A model generated the notes under the pieces. The model was not told where the DNA came from and did not search any database. It saw only the letters and a list, made by a program, of their open reading frames with translations. DNA of 64,000 nucleotides, taken from contig OZ025781.1 of the NCBI GenBank assembly GCA_964019425.1, forward strand, positions 434,001-498,000, read 5' to 3'. The first letter of the stretch is position 1; each line of letters starts with the position of its first letter. This document shows, piece after piece, positions 12,925-25,699 of the stretch. A program made the translations under genes and the position numbers. This DNA is from Flectonema sp. DT1601 (taxonomy: Eukaryota).

Positions 12925-13560
12925 AATTAACGATCAAGCTGAGCTGATCTTGTTTTTATTACAAATAGGGGAGCGGGAGGGATGGAAGGAATAGAGGAAA
13001 AAAAAGAAAAGGTTGATCAATTGGATCTGATCGTCGAGAAGAAGAAATTATTTTAAAGGTTGATCGGTATAGCCGATCGTTGAGAAAAATAAACAGATAT
13101 AAATACAATCAGTTTAAATTAAAAAAAGAAAAAAAGATTAACGATCAAGCTGAGCTGATCTTGTTTTTATTACAAATAGGGGAGCGGGAGGGATGGAAGG
13201 AATAGAGGAAAAAAAAAGAAAAGGTTGATCATTTGGATCTGATCGTCGAGAAGAAGAAATTATTTTAAAGGTTGATCGGTATAGCCGATCGTCGAGAAAA
13301 ATAAACAGATATAAATACAATCAGTTTAAATTAAAAAAAGAAAAAAAGATTAACGATCAAGCTGAGCTGATCCTGTTTTTATTTAAAATTAGGGGAGCGG
13401 GAGGGATGGAAGGAATAAAGGAAAAAAAAAAAAAAAAAAAAAAAGGTCGATCAATTGGATCTGATCGTCGAGAAGAAGAAAACAATTATTTATAAAAAAA
13501 AAATGGTCGGTATAGCCGATCGTTGAGAAAAGAACAGATATAAATACAATCGGTTTTGGT
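12925..13560 (+). repeat. Satellite E (~190-210-bp units)
   Basis: Three tandem units with GATCAAGCTGAGCTGATC, GGGGAGCGGGAGGGATGGAAGG and GATCGGYATAGCCGATC. Also at ~5545-6000, 14570-14995 (inverted), 20125-20265 and 34745-35237. Confidence 0.9.
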
Positions 13561-14050
13561 GATCGACGAGTGGAGCGATCACTTGACAAGAAGGAAAAAG
13601 AAAGGACCGATTAATTGGGGCTTTGATTGTATTCCCAAGGCATGTTTTTTTTTTTTTTTTTTTATTATTCATTTACATTATTATTATTTTTTTTTTTTTT
13701 TAAATTAATAATCACATTTTGTTCAAAAATATTTCATATTAGAGTAAAAGAAAAAGAAAAAAAGAATAAGAGAAAAAAAAAAAAAAAAAAAAACCATTGC
13801 TGGCCCCCTCACCACTCATAGAGGATGAGGAGGCCAGTAAGGCGTCACTCAAATCTATGCCAAGCCTTGGGAACTTGGATTGGGGTTTAGACCATTTATA
13901 ATTAACAATTAACAATTAACCTGATTAACGTTATGATCTGACGGACATAAACATATCGATAAAATAATACAAACAAAAACGAACAATAAATAATAAATAA
14001 GCTAAAAAAACTAAATAAACAAAATGATGTGAAAGTAAGGAAAAAGAGAA

Positions 14051-14311
14051 TTACAAGGGGGTGGAGTCACCGTGAACGTCATCAGCAGAACATCTCCTTC
14101 GATTGTAACGATATCTTGATGGAGGGGTCCGTTTTTTCAGAGTTGAACGCTCAGACTTTCTCGGCGGAGTTTCATTTTCCTCATGTTCTTCTGTGTCTGG
14201 CGGACTCAAACCTTCTGCCCATGAAGCTAATTGGAACTTCAGGGCCGCAATTTGAGACCGTGCCAAGGCGAGTTGAGCATTTAAATCGCTCGCCAGTCCC
14301 GTTAACATCAT
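14051..14311 (-). CDS. Putative small protein (86 aa) in the foldback core
   Basis: ORF in balanced-composition unique sequence. Heptad-like N-terminus LASDLNAQLALARSQIAALKFQL, then acidic and basic tracts. No family recognised. Confidence 0.35.
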   Translation of the reverse strand: MMLTGLASDLNAQLALARSQIAALKFQLASWAEGLSPPDTEEHEENETPPRKSERSTLKKRTPPSRYRYNRRRCSADDVHGDSTPL

Positions 14312-15689
14312 GGATTGCTCAAGCTGCTCTGCGTGAGTTGTACACCGTTGGTGATTCAGCTCCGAGAGGCTTTTACTCTAATAGGAAATATTTTTGAACA
14401 AAATGTGATTATTAATTAAAAAAAAAAAAAAAAAAAAAAAATGTAAATGAATAATAAAAAAAAAAAAAAAAAAAAAAACATGCCTTGGGAATACAACCAA
14501 AGCCCCAATTAATCGGTCCTTTCTTTTTTCCTTCTTGTCAAGTGATCGCTCCACTCGTCGATCACCAAAACCGATTGTATTTATATCTGTTCTTTTCTCA
14601 ACGATCGGCTATACCGATCTTTTTTTTAAAAATAATTGTTTTCTTCTTCTCGACGATCAGATCCAATTGATCGACCTTTTCTTTTTTTTTCCTTTATTCC
14701 TTCCATCCCTCCCGCTCCCCTTATTTTAATAAAAACAAGATCAGCACAGCTTGATCGTTAAACTTTTTTTATTTATTTATTTTTTTTTTTTTTTTTATTT
14801 AAACTGATTGTATTTATATCTGGTTATTTTTCTCAACGATCGGCTATGCCGATCGACCATTAAAATAATTGTCTTCTTCTTCTCGACGACCAGATCCAAT
14901 TGATCGACCTTTTCTTTTTTTTTCCTTTATTCCTTCCATCCCTCCCGCTCCCCTTATTTTAATAAAAACAAGATCAGCTCAGCTTGATCGTTATTTATTT
15001 ATTTATTTATTTTTTTTTTTTTTTTTTTGTTGGTCCTAGTCAAGACCTTAAACTGACTAATCGGTCTTAACTTTAACTAAGTGAATGAACCCTTTCCGTT
15101 TTCCTTTTCCCTTTATTACTCTCTATCTGGTCTGTTATGTCATAAATCTCATTTAATTTTATCATTCATTTTAATTTTCACTGTTTCCCATCTACATTTT
15201 ATTTTCAAATAGTTCCGGTCTGTCTCTGATGTTAAATAAAACTGATCATGTTAACTCAATATTTTTTTTTATTATGTGCAAGAGATACCAACACGCAAGA
15301 GATACCAACGCACATACGAGATACCAGCACTTCCGAGATACCGACACACAAGAGATACCAAGACACTTAAGATACCAGCAAGGACAGTGAGAGGTAGAAT
15401 GAACTCTCCTCCTTGTGTCCGATCCTGATTATTTTTTGTTGAATTGGTAGTGTTACCTCAGTTTGCTACTCTCGTATCTGTGTTGTGTTAACTCATGTAA
15501 GTGATCTTAACTCCTGTTAAATAAAAAAAAAATTTCAAAAAAAAAGAAATTAAAAAAGAAGAATTTTCAAATGAAGTTATATCAACCCCTGCCACCCATT
15601 ATGATCAATTCCGCTTGTTTTTTTTTTTTTTTTTTTTTTTTTCTTCTTTCTTTTCTTCAAATATAAAAAAAAATTAAAAAATATAAAAG

Positions 15690-16204
15690 ATGAAACAATG
15701 TTATCATTGTTTTTTTATCGATCGACTATGTCGATTACTTCCAGTTTTCCGTCCTGGTCAAGACGCTAAACTGATTGTTTTTTTTTTTTTTTTAAAAAAT
15801 TAATAAAAAGAATATAAAAAAAAAAAAAAAAGAATAAACAATGTTATCATTGTTTTTTTTTATCGTTCGACTTTGTCGACTAATTTCTATTTTCCGTTTC
15901 TTTTCTTTAAATAATAAATAAAAAGAATTTAAAATAAAAAAAAAGAATAAACAATGTTATCATTGTTTTTTTATCGATCGACTATGTCGATTACTTTCTA
16001 TTTTCCGTCCTGGTCAAGACGCTAAACTGATTGTTTTTTTTTCAAAATTAATAAAAAAGAATATAAAAAAAAAAAAAAAAAAAAAAGAATAAACAATGTT
16101 ATCATTGTTTTTTTATCGATCGACTATGTCGATCACTTTCTATTTTCCGTCCTGGTCAAGACGCTAAACTAATTGTTTTTTTTTTCAAAATTAATAAAAA
16201 AGAA

Positions 16205-16238
<34 letters not shown>

Positions 16239-19010
16239 ATAAACAATGTTATCATTGTTTTTTTTATCGTTCGACTTTGTTGACTAATTTCTATTTTCCG
16301 TTTTTTTTCTTTAAAAAATAAATAAAAAGAATTTAAAATAAAAAAAAAGAATAAACAATGTTATCATTGTTTTTTTTATCGATCGACTATGTCGATCACT
16401 TTCTATTTTCCGTCCTGGTCAAGACGCTAAACTGATTGTTTTTTTTCAAAATTAATAAAAAAGAATATAAAAAAAAAAAAAAAAAAGAATAAACAATGTT
16501 ATCATTGTTTTTTTTTTTATCGTTCGACTTTGTCGACTAATTTCTATTTTCCGTTTCTTTTCTTTAAAGAATAAATAAAAAGAATTTAAAATAAAAAAAA
16601 AGAATAAACAATGCTATCATTGTTTTTTTTATCGATCGACTATGTCGATCACTTTCTATTTTCCGTCCTGGTCAAGACGCTAAACTGATTGTTTTTTTTT
16701 TTCAAAATTAATAAAAAAGAATATAAAAAAATACAAAAAAAAAGAATAAACAATGTTATCATTGTTTTTTTTTATCGTTCGACTTTGTCGACTAATTTCT
16801 ATTTTCCGTTTTTTTTCTTTTAAAAATAAATAAAAAGAATTTAAAATAAAAAAAAAGAATAAACAATGTTATCATTGTTTTTTTATCGATCGACTATGTC
16901 GATCACTTTCTATTTTCCGTCCTGGTCAAGACGCTAAACTGATTGTTTTTTTTTTTTCAAAATAAAAAAAAAATATTAAAAAAAAAAAAATAAAAAAAAA
17001 AAAGAATAAACAATGTTATCATTGTTTTTCTTTACTGCAACTGGAAATATTACTGCGCTGAATAATTACTGCGGGGAAATATTACTGCGCGGAAAAATTA
17101 GTGCGGTTTTTTTGAGAAAAGATTAGTGCGGTTTTTTCCACTTGGTGGTAGAAAAAAATTTGGTTGCTTTTTTGCTGTGTAAGGCACCAGCAGAAAAATG
17201 CAGCTGGAGAAAAATCACTTCTGAGCAGAAATATTAGTGCGGTGGAAATATTACTACGTGGAAAAATTAGTGCGGTTTTTTGCAGATTTGGAAATTAGTG
17301 CGGTTTTTTCCGCGCAGTAATATTTCCAGTTGCAGTATCGTTCGACTTTGTTGACTAATTTCTATTTTCCGTTTTTTTTTCTTTAAAAAATAAATAAAAA
17401 GAATTTAAAAAAAAAAAAAAAAAAAAAAGAATAAACAATGTTATCATTGTTTTTTTTATCGATCGACTATGTCGATTACTTTCTATTTTCCGTCCTGGTC
17501 AAGACGCTAAACTGATTGTTTTTTTTTCAAAATTAATAAAAAAGAATATAAAAAAATACAAAAAAAAGAATAAACAATGTTATCATTGTTTTCTTTATCG
17601 ATCGACTATGTCGATTACTTTCTATTTTCCGTCCTGGTCAAGACGCTAAACTGATTGTTTTTTTTTCAAAATTAATAAAAAAGAATATAAAAAAATACAA
17701 AAAAAAGAATAAACAATGTTATCATTGTTTTTTTTATCGATCGACTATGTCGATTACTTTCTATTTTCCGTCCTGGTCAAGACGCTAAACTGATTGTTTT
17801 TTTTTTCAAAATTAATAAAAAAGAATATAAAAAAATACAAAAAAAAGAATAAACAATGTTATCATTGTTTTTTTTATCGATCGACTATGTCGATTACTTT
17901 CTATTTTCCGTCCTGGTCAAGACGCTAAACTGATTGTTTTTTTTTTCAAAATAAAAAAAAAATATTAAAAAAAAAAAAATAAAAAAAAAGAATAAACAAT
18001 GTTATCATTGTTTTTTTTTATCGTTCGACTTTGTTGACTAATTTCTATTTTCCGTTTTTTTTCTTTAAAAAATAAAAAAAAAGAATTTAAAAAAAAAAAA
18101 AAAAAAAGAATAAACAATGTTATCATTGTTTTTTTTATCGATCGACTATGTCGATTACTTTCTATTTTCCGTCCTGGTCAAGACGCTAAACTGATTGTTT
18201 TTTTTTCAAAATTAATAAAAAAAAAGAATATAAAAAAATACAAAAAAAAGAATAAACAATGTTATCATTGTTTTTTTTTATCGTTCGACTTTGTCGACTA
18301 ATTTCTATTTTCCGTTTTTTTTCTTTAAAAAATTAATAAAAAGAATTTAAAATAAAAAAAAAAAAGAATAAACAATGTTATCATTGTTTTTTTTATCGAT
18401 CGACTATGTCGATTACTTTCTATTTTCCGTCCTGGTCAAGACGCTAAACTGATTGTTTTTTTTTTCAAAATTAATAAAAAAGAATATAAAAAAAATAAAA
18501 AAAAAAAAGAATAAACAATGTTATCATTGTTTTTTTTTATCGTTCGACTTTGTTGACTAATTTCTATTTTCCATTTTTTTTCTTTTTAAAAATAAATAAA
18601 AAGAATTAAAATAAAAAAAAAAAAAAAAAGAATAAACAATGTTATCATTGTTTTTTTTATCGATCGACTATGTCGATTACTTTCTATTTTCCGTCCTGGT
18701 CAGGACGCTAAACTGATTGTTTTTTCTTTAAAAATAAATAAAAAGAATAAAAAAAAAAAAAAAAGGAATAAACAATGTTATCATTGTTTTTTTTTTATCG
18801 ATCGACTATGTCGATTACTTACTATTTTCCGTCCTGGTCAAGACGCTAAACTGATTGTTTTTTCTTTAAAATAATTAAAAAGATTTAAAAAAAAAAAAAA
18901 AAAAAAAAATGAATAAACAATGTTATCATTGTTTTTTTTTCTATCGATCAACTATGTCGATTAATTTCTATTTTCCGTCCTGATCGAGACGCTAAACTGA
19001 TTGTTTCCTT
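15690..19010 (-). repeat. Satellite B array (right arm, inverted)
   Basis: Reverse complement of the B unit in tandem; interrupted by the MITE at 17035. Confidence 0.95.
17035..17335. mobile_element. MITE with TA target duplication, family 2 (301 bp)
   Basis: Perfect 24-bp TIR CTGCAACTGGAAATATTACTGCGC. TA at 17033-17034 and 17336-17337. Internal AAATTAGTGCGG/AATATTACTGCG repeats. Confidence 0.93.
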
Positions 19011-19029
19011 TTTTTAAATAATAAATAAG

Positions 19030-19061
<32 letters not shown>

Positions 19062-20265
19062 ATCTCCCTGCTATCCCTCATATCCCCACAATAATATTAT
19101 ACCTTTTCATTTTCTCTTTCCTTTTCTGGTCTTTTTTTTTTTCTTTTTTTCCTTTTTCATACAACGTTTTTTATTTATATATATATATTTTTTTTTTTTT
19201 TTTTCATGTTTGATTATTTCCTCTTCATTTTTTTTTTTCTTTTCTTTTCTTTCTTTTTTTTTTTTTTTCCTCTGCCTCTCTCTTAATTCTGTTCGTTTCT
19301 TTGAAACGAAAATTCATTTGAATATTATTCCTTGGTCAGCAACCATCATTGTCGCCCTTTGGGCCTGTTAAAAAAAAATAAAATAAAAAGAAAGTTTACA
19401 TCGGGAATAGGGCAGGAGCCAAAAGCTCCCAGTCCGTTACTTCCCACTTTATCGAAATTTTTGTTTTTTTTTTGTTTTAAAAAAAAAAAAAAAAAACAAG
19501 CGGAATTGATCATAATGGGTGGTAGGGGTTGTTATAACTTCGTTTGAAAATTCTTCTTTTTTGATTTCTTTTTTTTTTTTTTTTTTTTACAGGAGTTAAG
19601 ATCACTTTCAGGAGACAACACATACACATTAACAAGAGCAGCAAGCAGAGTTGACACTATCAATTCAAATTTGAAATACCGGGAATTAATTTACAAGGAG
19701 GTATCTCAAGTGACTTGGTATCTCTAGCGTGTCGGTATCTCTGGAGTGCTGGTATCTCGTATGTGCGTTGGTATCTCATGAGTGATGGTATCTCTTGTGC
19801 ATTAGAGAAACGAAAAAGAATGTCATGACCATGACGGAAGAATTGAGGAATTGAGTTAACATGTTCAATTTAACTTATTTAAACTTTTTTTTTTTTTTAA
19901 CAGACCGTAACTATTTGAAAATAAAATGTAGATGGGAAACAGTGAAAAGTAAAATGGATGATAAAATTAAATGAGAAATATGACATAACAGACCAGATAG
20001 AGAGTATTAATAATAAAGGGAAATTGAAAAGGAAAAGAGAAACTAGGTTAACACTTATTTAAAATTAAGACCGGTTAGTCAGTTTAAGGTCTTGACTAGG
20101 ACCAACAAAAAAGAAAGAAAGAAAATTAACGATCAAGCTGAGCTGATCTTGTTTTTATTACAAATAGGGGAGCGGGAGGGATGGAAGGAATAGAGGAAAA
20201 AAAAAGAAAAGGTCGATCAATTGGATCTGATCGTCGAGAAGAAGAAATTATTTTAAAGGTTGATC

Positions 20266-20896
20266 GAGAATATAAAAAAAAAAATAATAAAAAAGAATAA
20301 CCAATGTTATCATTGTTTTTTTTATCGTTCGACTTTGTCTACTAATTTCTATTTTCCATTTTTTTTCTTAAAAAATAAATAAAAAGAATTTAAAAAAAAA
20401 AAAAAAAAAGAATAAACAATGTTATCATTGTTTTTTTTATCGTTCGACTTTGTCGACTAATTTTTATTTTCCGTTTTTTTTTCTTTAAAAATAAATAAAA
20501 AGAATTTAAAAAAAAAAAAAGAATAAACAATATTATCATTGTTTTTTTTTTTATCGATCGACTATGTCGATCACTTTCTATTTTCCGTCCTGGTCAAGAC
20601 GCTAAACTGATTGTTTTTTTTTTTTTTTTCAAAATTAATAAAAAAGAATATAAAAAAAATACAAAAAAAAGAATAAACAATGTTATCATTGTTTTTTTTA
20701 TCGTTCGACTTTGTCGACTAATTTCTATTTTCCGTTTTTTTTCTTTAAAAATAAATAAAAAGAATTTAAAAAAAAAAAAAAAGAATAAACAATGTTATCA
20801 TTGTTTTTTTATCGATTGACTATGTCGATCACTTTCTACTTTCCGTCCTGGTCAAGACGCTAAACTGATTGTTTTTTCTTTAAAAAATAATTAAAA

Positions 20897-20930
<34 letters not shown>

Positions 20931-21565
20931 ATAAACAATGTTATCATTGTTTTTTTTTATCGTTCGACTTTGTCGACTAATTTCTATTTTCCGTTTTTTT
21001 CGTTAAAAAATAAATAAAAAGAATTTTAAAAAAAAAAAAAAAAAAGAATAAACAATGTTATCATTGTTTTTTTATCGATCGACTATGTCGATTACTTTCT
21101 ATTTTCCGTCCTGGTCAAGACGCTAAACTGATTGTTTTTTTTTTTCAAAATTAATAAAAATGAATATAAAAAAAATACAAAAAAAAAGAATAAACAATGT
21201 TATCATTGTTTTTTTTTATCGTTCGACTTTGTCGACTAATTTCTATTTTCCATTTTTTTTCTTTAAAAACAAATAAAAAGAATTTAAAATAAAAAAAAGA
21301 ATAAACAATATTATCATTGTTTTTTTTTTTATCGATCGACTATGTCGATCACTTTCTATTTTCCGTCCTGGTCAAGACGCTAAACTGATTGTTTTTTTTT
21401 TTTCAAAATCAATAAAAAAGAATAGAAAAAAAAAAATAAAAAAATAGAATAAACAATGTTATCGTTGTTTTTTTTTATCGTTCGACTTTGTCGACTAATT
21501 TCTATTTTCTATTTTTTTTCTTTAAAAAATAAATAAAAAGAATTTAAAAAAAAAAAAAAAAGAAT
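20266..21565 (-). repeat. Satellite B array
   Basis: Tandem inverted B units. Confidence 0.93.
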
Positions 21566-22146
21566 AGCTGAATTCGATAGAGTGGGAAGTAACGGACTGG
21601 GAGCTTTTGGCTCCTGCCCTATTCCCGATGTAAACTTTCTTTTTATTTTTTTTTTTTTTTTTAACAGGCCCAGAGGGCGACAATGACTGTTGCTGACCAA
21701 GGAATAATATTCAAATGAATTTTCGTTTCAAAGAAACGAACAGAATGAATTTCGATAAAGTGGGAAGTAACGGACTGGGAGCTTTTGGCTCCTGCCCTAT
21801 TCCCGATGTAAACTTTCTTTTTATTTTCTTTTTTTTTTTTTAACAGGCCCAAAGGGCGACAATGATGGTTGCTGACCAAGGAATAATATTCAAATGAATC
21901 TTCGTTTCAAAGAAACGAACAGAATTGAGAGAGAGGCAGAGAAAAAAAAAAAAAAAAAAAAGAAAGAATAGAAAAAAAAATATGAAGAGGAAATAATCAA
22001 ACATGAAAAAAAAAAAAAAAAAAAATATATAAATAAAAAACGTTGTATGAAAAAGGAAAAAAAGAAAAAAAAAGACCAGAAAAGGAAAGAGAAAATGAAA
22101 AGGTATAATATTTTTGTGGGGATATGAGGATAGCAGGGAGATGCTC

Positions 22147-22178
<32 letters not shown>

Positions 22179-22619
22179 CGATAAAGTGGGAAGTAACGGA
22201 CTGGGAGCTTTTGGCTCCTGCCCTATTCCCGATGTAAACTTTCTTTTTATTTTTTATTTTTTTTAACAGGCCCAAAGGGCGACAATGATGGTTGCTGACC
22301 AAGGAATAATATTCAAATGAATTTTCGTTTCAAAGAAACGAACAGAATTAAGAGAGAGGCAGAGAAAAAAAAGAAAAAAAAGAAAGAAAAGAAAAAAGAA
22401 AAAAAATATGAAGAGGAAATAATCAAACACGAAAAAAAAAAAAAAAAAAATATATAAATAAAAAAACGTTGTATGAAAAAGGAAAAAAAAAAATAAAGAC
22501 CAGAAAAGGAAAGAGAAAATGAAAAGGTATAATATTATTGTGGGGATATGAGGATAGCAGGGAGATGCTCTTTTTTTTTTTTTTTTATTTTTTTTTTTTT
22601 TATTTATTATTTAAAAAAA

Positions 22620-23577
22620 AAGGAAACAATCAGTTTAGTGTCTCGATCAGGACGGAAAATAGAAATTAATCGACATAGTCGATCGATAGAAAAAAAAACA
22701 ATGATATCATTGTTTATTCTTTTTTTTTTTTTTTTTTTTTTTAAATCCTTTTAATTATTTTAAAGAAAAAACTTCCATTTAGCGTCTTGACCAGGACAGA
22801 AAATAGAAAGTAATCGACATAGTCGATCGATAAAAAAAAAACAATGATAACATTGTTTATTCCTTTTTTTTTTTTTTTTTTTTTTTTTAACTTTTTATTT
22901 ATTTCTTAAAGAAAAAACAATCAGTTTAGCGTCCTGACCAGGACGGAAAATAGAAAGTAATCGACATAGTCGATCGATAAAAAAAACAATGATAACATTG
23001 TTTATTCCTTTTTTTTTTTTTTTTTTTATTTATCTTTTTATTTATTTTTTAAAGAAAAAACAATCAGTTTAGCGTCCTGACCAGGATGGAAAATAGAAAT
23101 TAGTCGACAAAGTCGATCGATAAGAAACAATGATAACATTGTTTATTCATTTTTTTTTTTTTTTTTTTATATTCTTTTTATTAATTTTTAAAAAAAAAAA
23201 AAAAAAATCAGTTTAGCGTCTTGACCAGGACGGAAAGTAGACAGTAATCGACAAAGTCGATCGATAAAAAAAACAATGATAACATTGTTTATTTCTTTTT
23301 TTTTTTTTTTTTTTTTATATCTTTTATTTATTTTTTAAAAGAATAAACAATCAGTTTAGCGTCTTGACCAGGACGGAAAATAGAAATTAGTCGACAAAGT
23401 CGATCGATAAGAAACAATGATAACATTGTTTATTCATTTTTTTTTTTTTTTTTTTTATTCTTTTTATTTATTTTTTAAAGAAAAAAATAATCAGTTTAGC
23501 GTCTTGACCAGGACGGAAAATAGAAATTAGTCGACAAAGTCGATCGATAAAAAAAAACAATGATAACATTGTTTATT

Positions 23578-23611
<34 letters not shown>

Positions 23612-24127
23612 TCTTTTATTTATTTTTAAAGAAAAAACAATCAGTTTAGCGTCTTGACCAGGACGGAAAATAGAAATTAGTCGACAAATTCGATCGATAA
23701 GAAACAATGATAACATTGTTTATTCTTTTATTTTTTTTTTATTTTTTTTTTTATATTCTTTTTATTTATTTTTTAAAGAAAAGAAAACGGAAAATAGAAA
23801 TTAGTCGACAGAGTCGATCGATAAAAAAACAATGATAACATTGTTTATTCTTTTTTTTTTTTTTTTTTTTTTATTCTTTTTATTTATTTTTAGAAAAACA
23901 ATCAGTTTAGCGTCTTGACCAGGACGGAAAATAGAAATTAATCATAGTCGATCGATAAAAAAAAACAATGATAACATTGTTTATTCCCTTTTTTTTTTTT
24001 TTTTTTTTTTTTTTATTCTTTTTAATTATTTTTAGAAAAAACAATCAGTTTAGCGTCTTGACCAGGACGGAAAATAGAAATTAGTCGACAAAGCCGATCG
24101 AAAAAAACAATGATAACATTGTTTATT

Positions 24128-24160
<33 letters not shown>

Positions 24161-25282
24161 TTTTTTTTTAATTTATTTTTAAAGAAGAAACAATCAATTT
24201 AGCGTCTTGACCAGGACGGAAAATAGAAAGTAATCGACATAGTCGATCGATAAAAAAACAATGATAACATTGTTTATTCTTTTTTTTTTTTTTTTTTAAA
24301 TTCTTTTTTATTTATTTTTAAAGAAAAAAAAAATAGAAATTAGTCGACAAGGTCGAACGATAAAAAAAAACAATGATAACATTGTTTAATCTTTTTTTTT
24401 TTATTTTTTTTTTATTTTTTTTTTTATATTCTTTTTTATTAATTTTGAAAAAAACAATCAGTTTAGCGTCTTGACCAGGACGGAAAATAGAAAGTAATCG
24501 ACATAGTCGATCGATAAAAAAACAATGATAACATTGTTTATTCTTTTTTTTTTTTTTTTTTAAATTCTTTTTTATTTATTTTTAAAGAAAAAAACGGAAA
24601 ATAGAAATTAGTCGACAAGGTCGAACGATAAAAAAACAATGATAACATTGTTTAATCTTTTTTTTTTATTTTTTTTTTTATATTCTTTTTTAATTTTGAA
24701 AAAAACAATCAGTTTAGCGTCTTGACCAGGACGGAAAATAGAAAGTAATCGACATAGTCGATCGATAAAAAAACAATGATAACATTGTTTATTCTTTTTT
24801 TTTTTTTTTTTAAATTCTTTTTATTTATTTTTTAAAGAAAAAAAAAGAAAATAGAAATTAGTCGACAGAGTCGATCGATAAAAAAAACAATGATAACACT
24901 GTTTATTCTTTTTTTTTTTTTATTTTTTTTTTTTTATATTCTTTTTTAATTTTGAAAAAAAAAAAACAATCAGTTTAGCGTCTTGACCAGGACGGAAAAT
25001 AGAAAGTGATCGACATAGTCGATCGATAAAAAAAAAAATGATAACATTGTTTATTCTTTTTTTTTTTTTAAATTCTTTTTATTTATTTTTAAAGAAAAAA
25101 AACGGAAAATAGAAATTAGTCGACAAAGTCGAACGATAGAAAAAATAATGATAACATTGTTTATTCTTTTTTTTATTATTTAAAAAAAGGAAACAATCAG
25201 TTTAGCGTCTCGATCAGGACGGAAAATAGAAATTAATCGACATAGTTGATCGATAGAAAAAAAACAATGATAACATTGTTTA

Positions 25283-25315
<33 letters not shown>

Positions 25316-25568
25316 CTTTTAATTATTTTAAAGAAAAAACAATCAGTTTAGCGTCTTGACCAGGACGGAAAATAGAAAGTAATCGACATAGTCGATCGAT
25401 AAAAAAAAAACAATGATAACATTGTTTATTCCTTTTTTTTTATTTTTTTTTTTATTCTTTTCATTTATTTTTAAAGAAAAAACAATCAGTTTAGAGTCCT
25501 GACCAGGACGGAAAATTGAAAGTGATCGACATAGTCGATCGATAAAAAAACAATGATAACATTGATTA

Positions 25569-25599
<31 letters not shown>

Positions 25600-25699
25600 C
25601 TTTTAATTATTTTTTAAAGAAAAAACAATCAGTTTAGCGTCTTGACCAGGACGAAAAATAGAAAGTGATCGACATAGTCGATCGATAAAAAAACAATGA
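22620..25699 (+). repeat. Satellite B array
   Basis: Tandem B units. Array resumes at 27665-29150 after element G. Confidence 0.95.

Larger units (their letters stand above)
8393..19459. mobile_element. Giant modular inverted-repeat (foldback-like) structure 1, ~11 kb
   Basis: Modules A-B-C-D-E-F (8393-~13750), a unique ~620-bp core, then F-E-D-C-B-A inverted (~14370-19459). Inner arm boundaries are reverse complements (13703-13750 vs 14370-14415, 1 mismatch). Confidence 0.85.
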
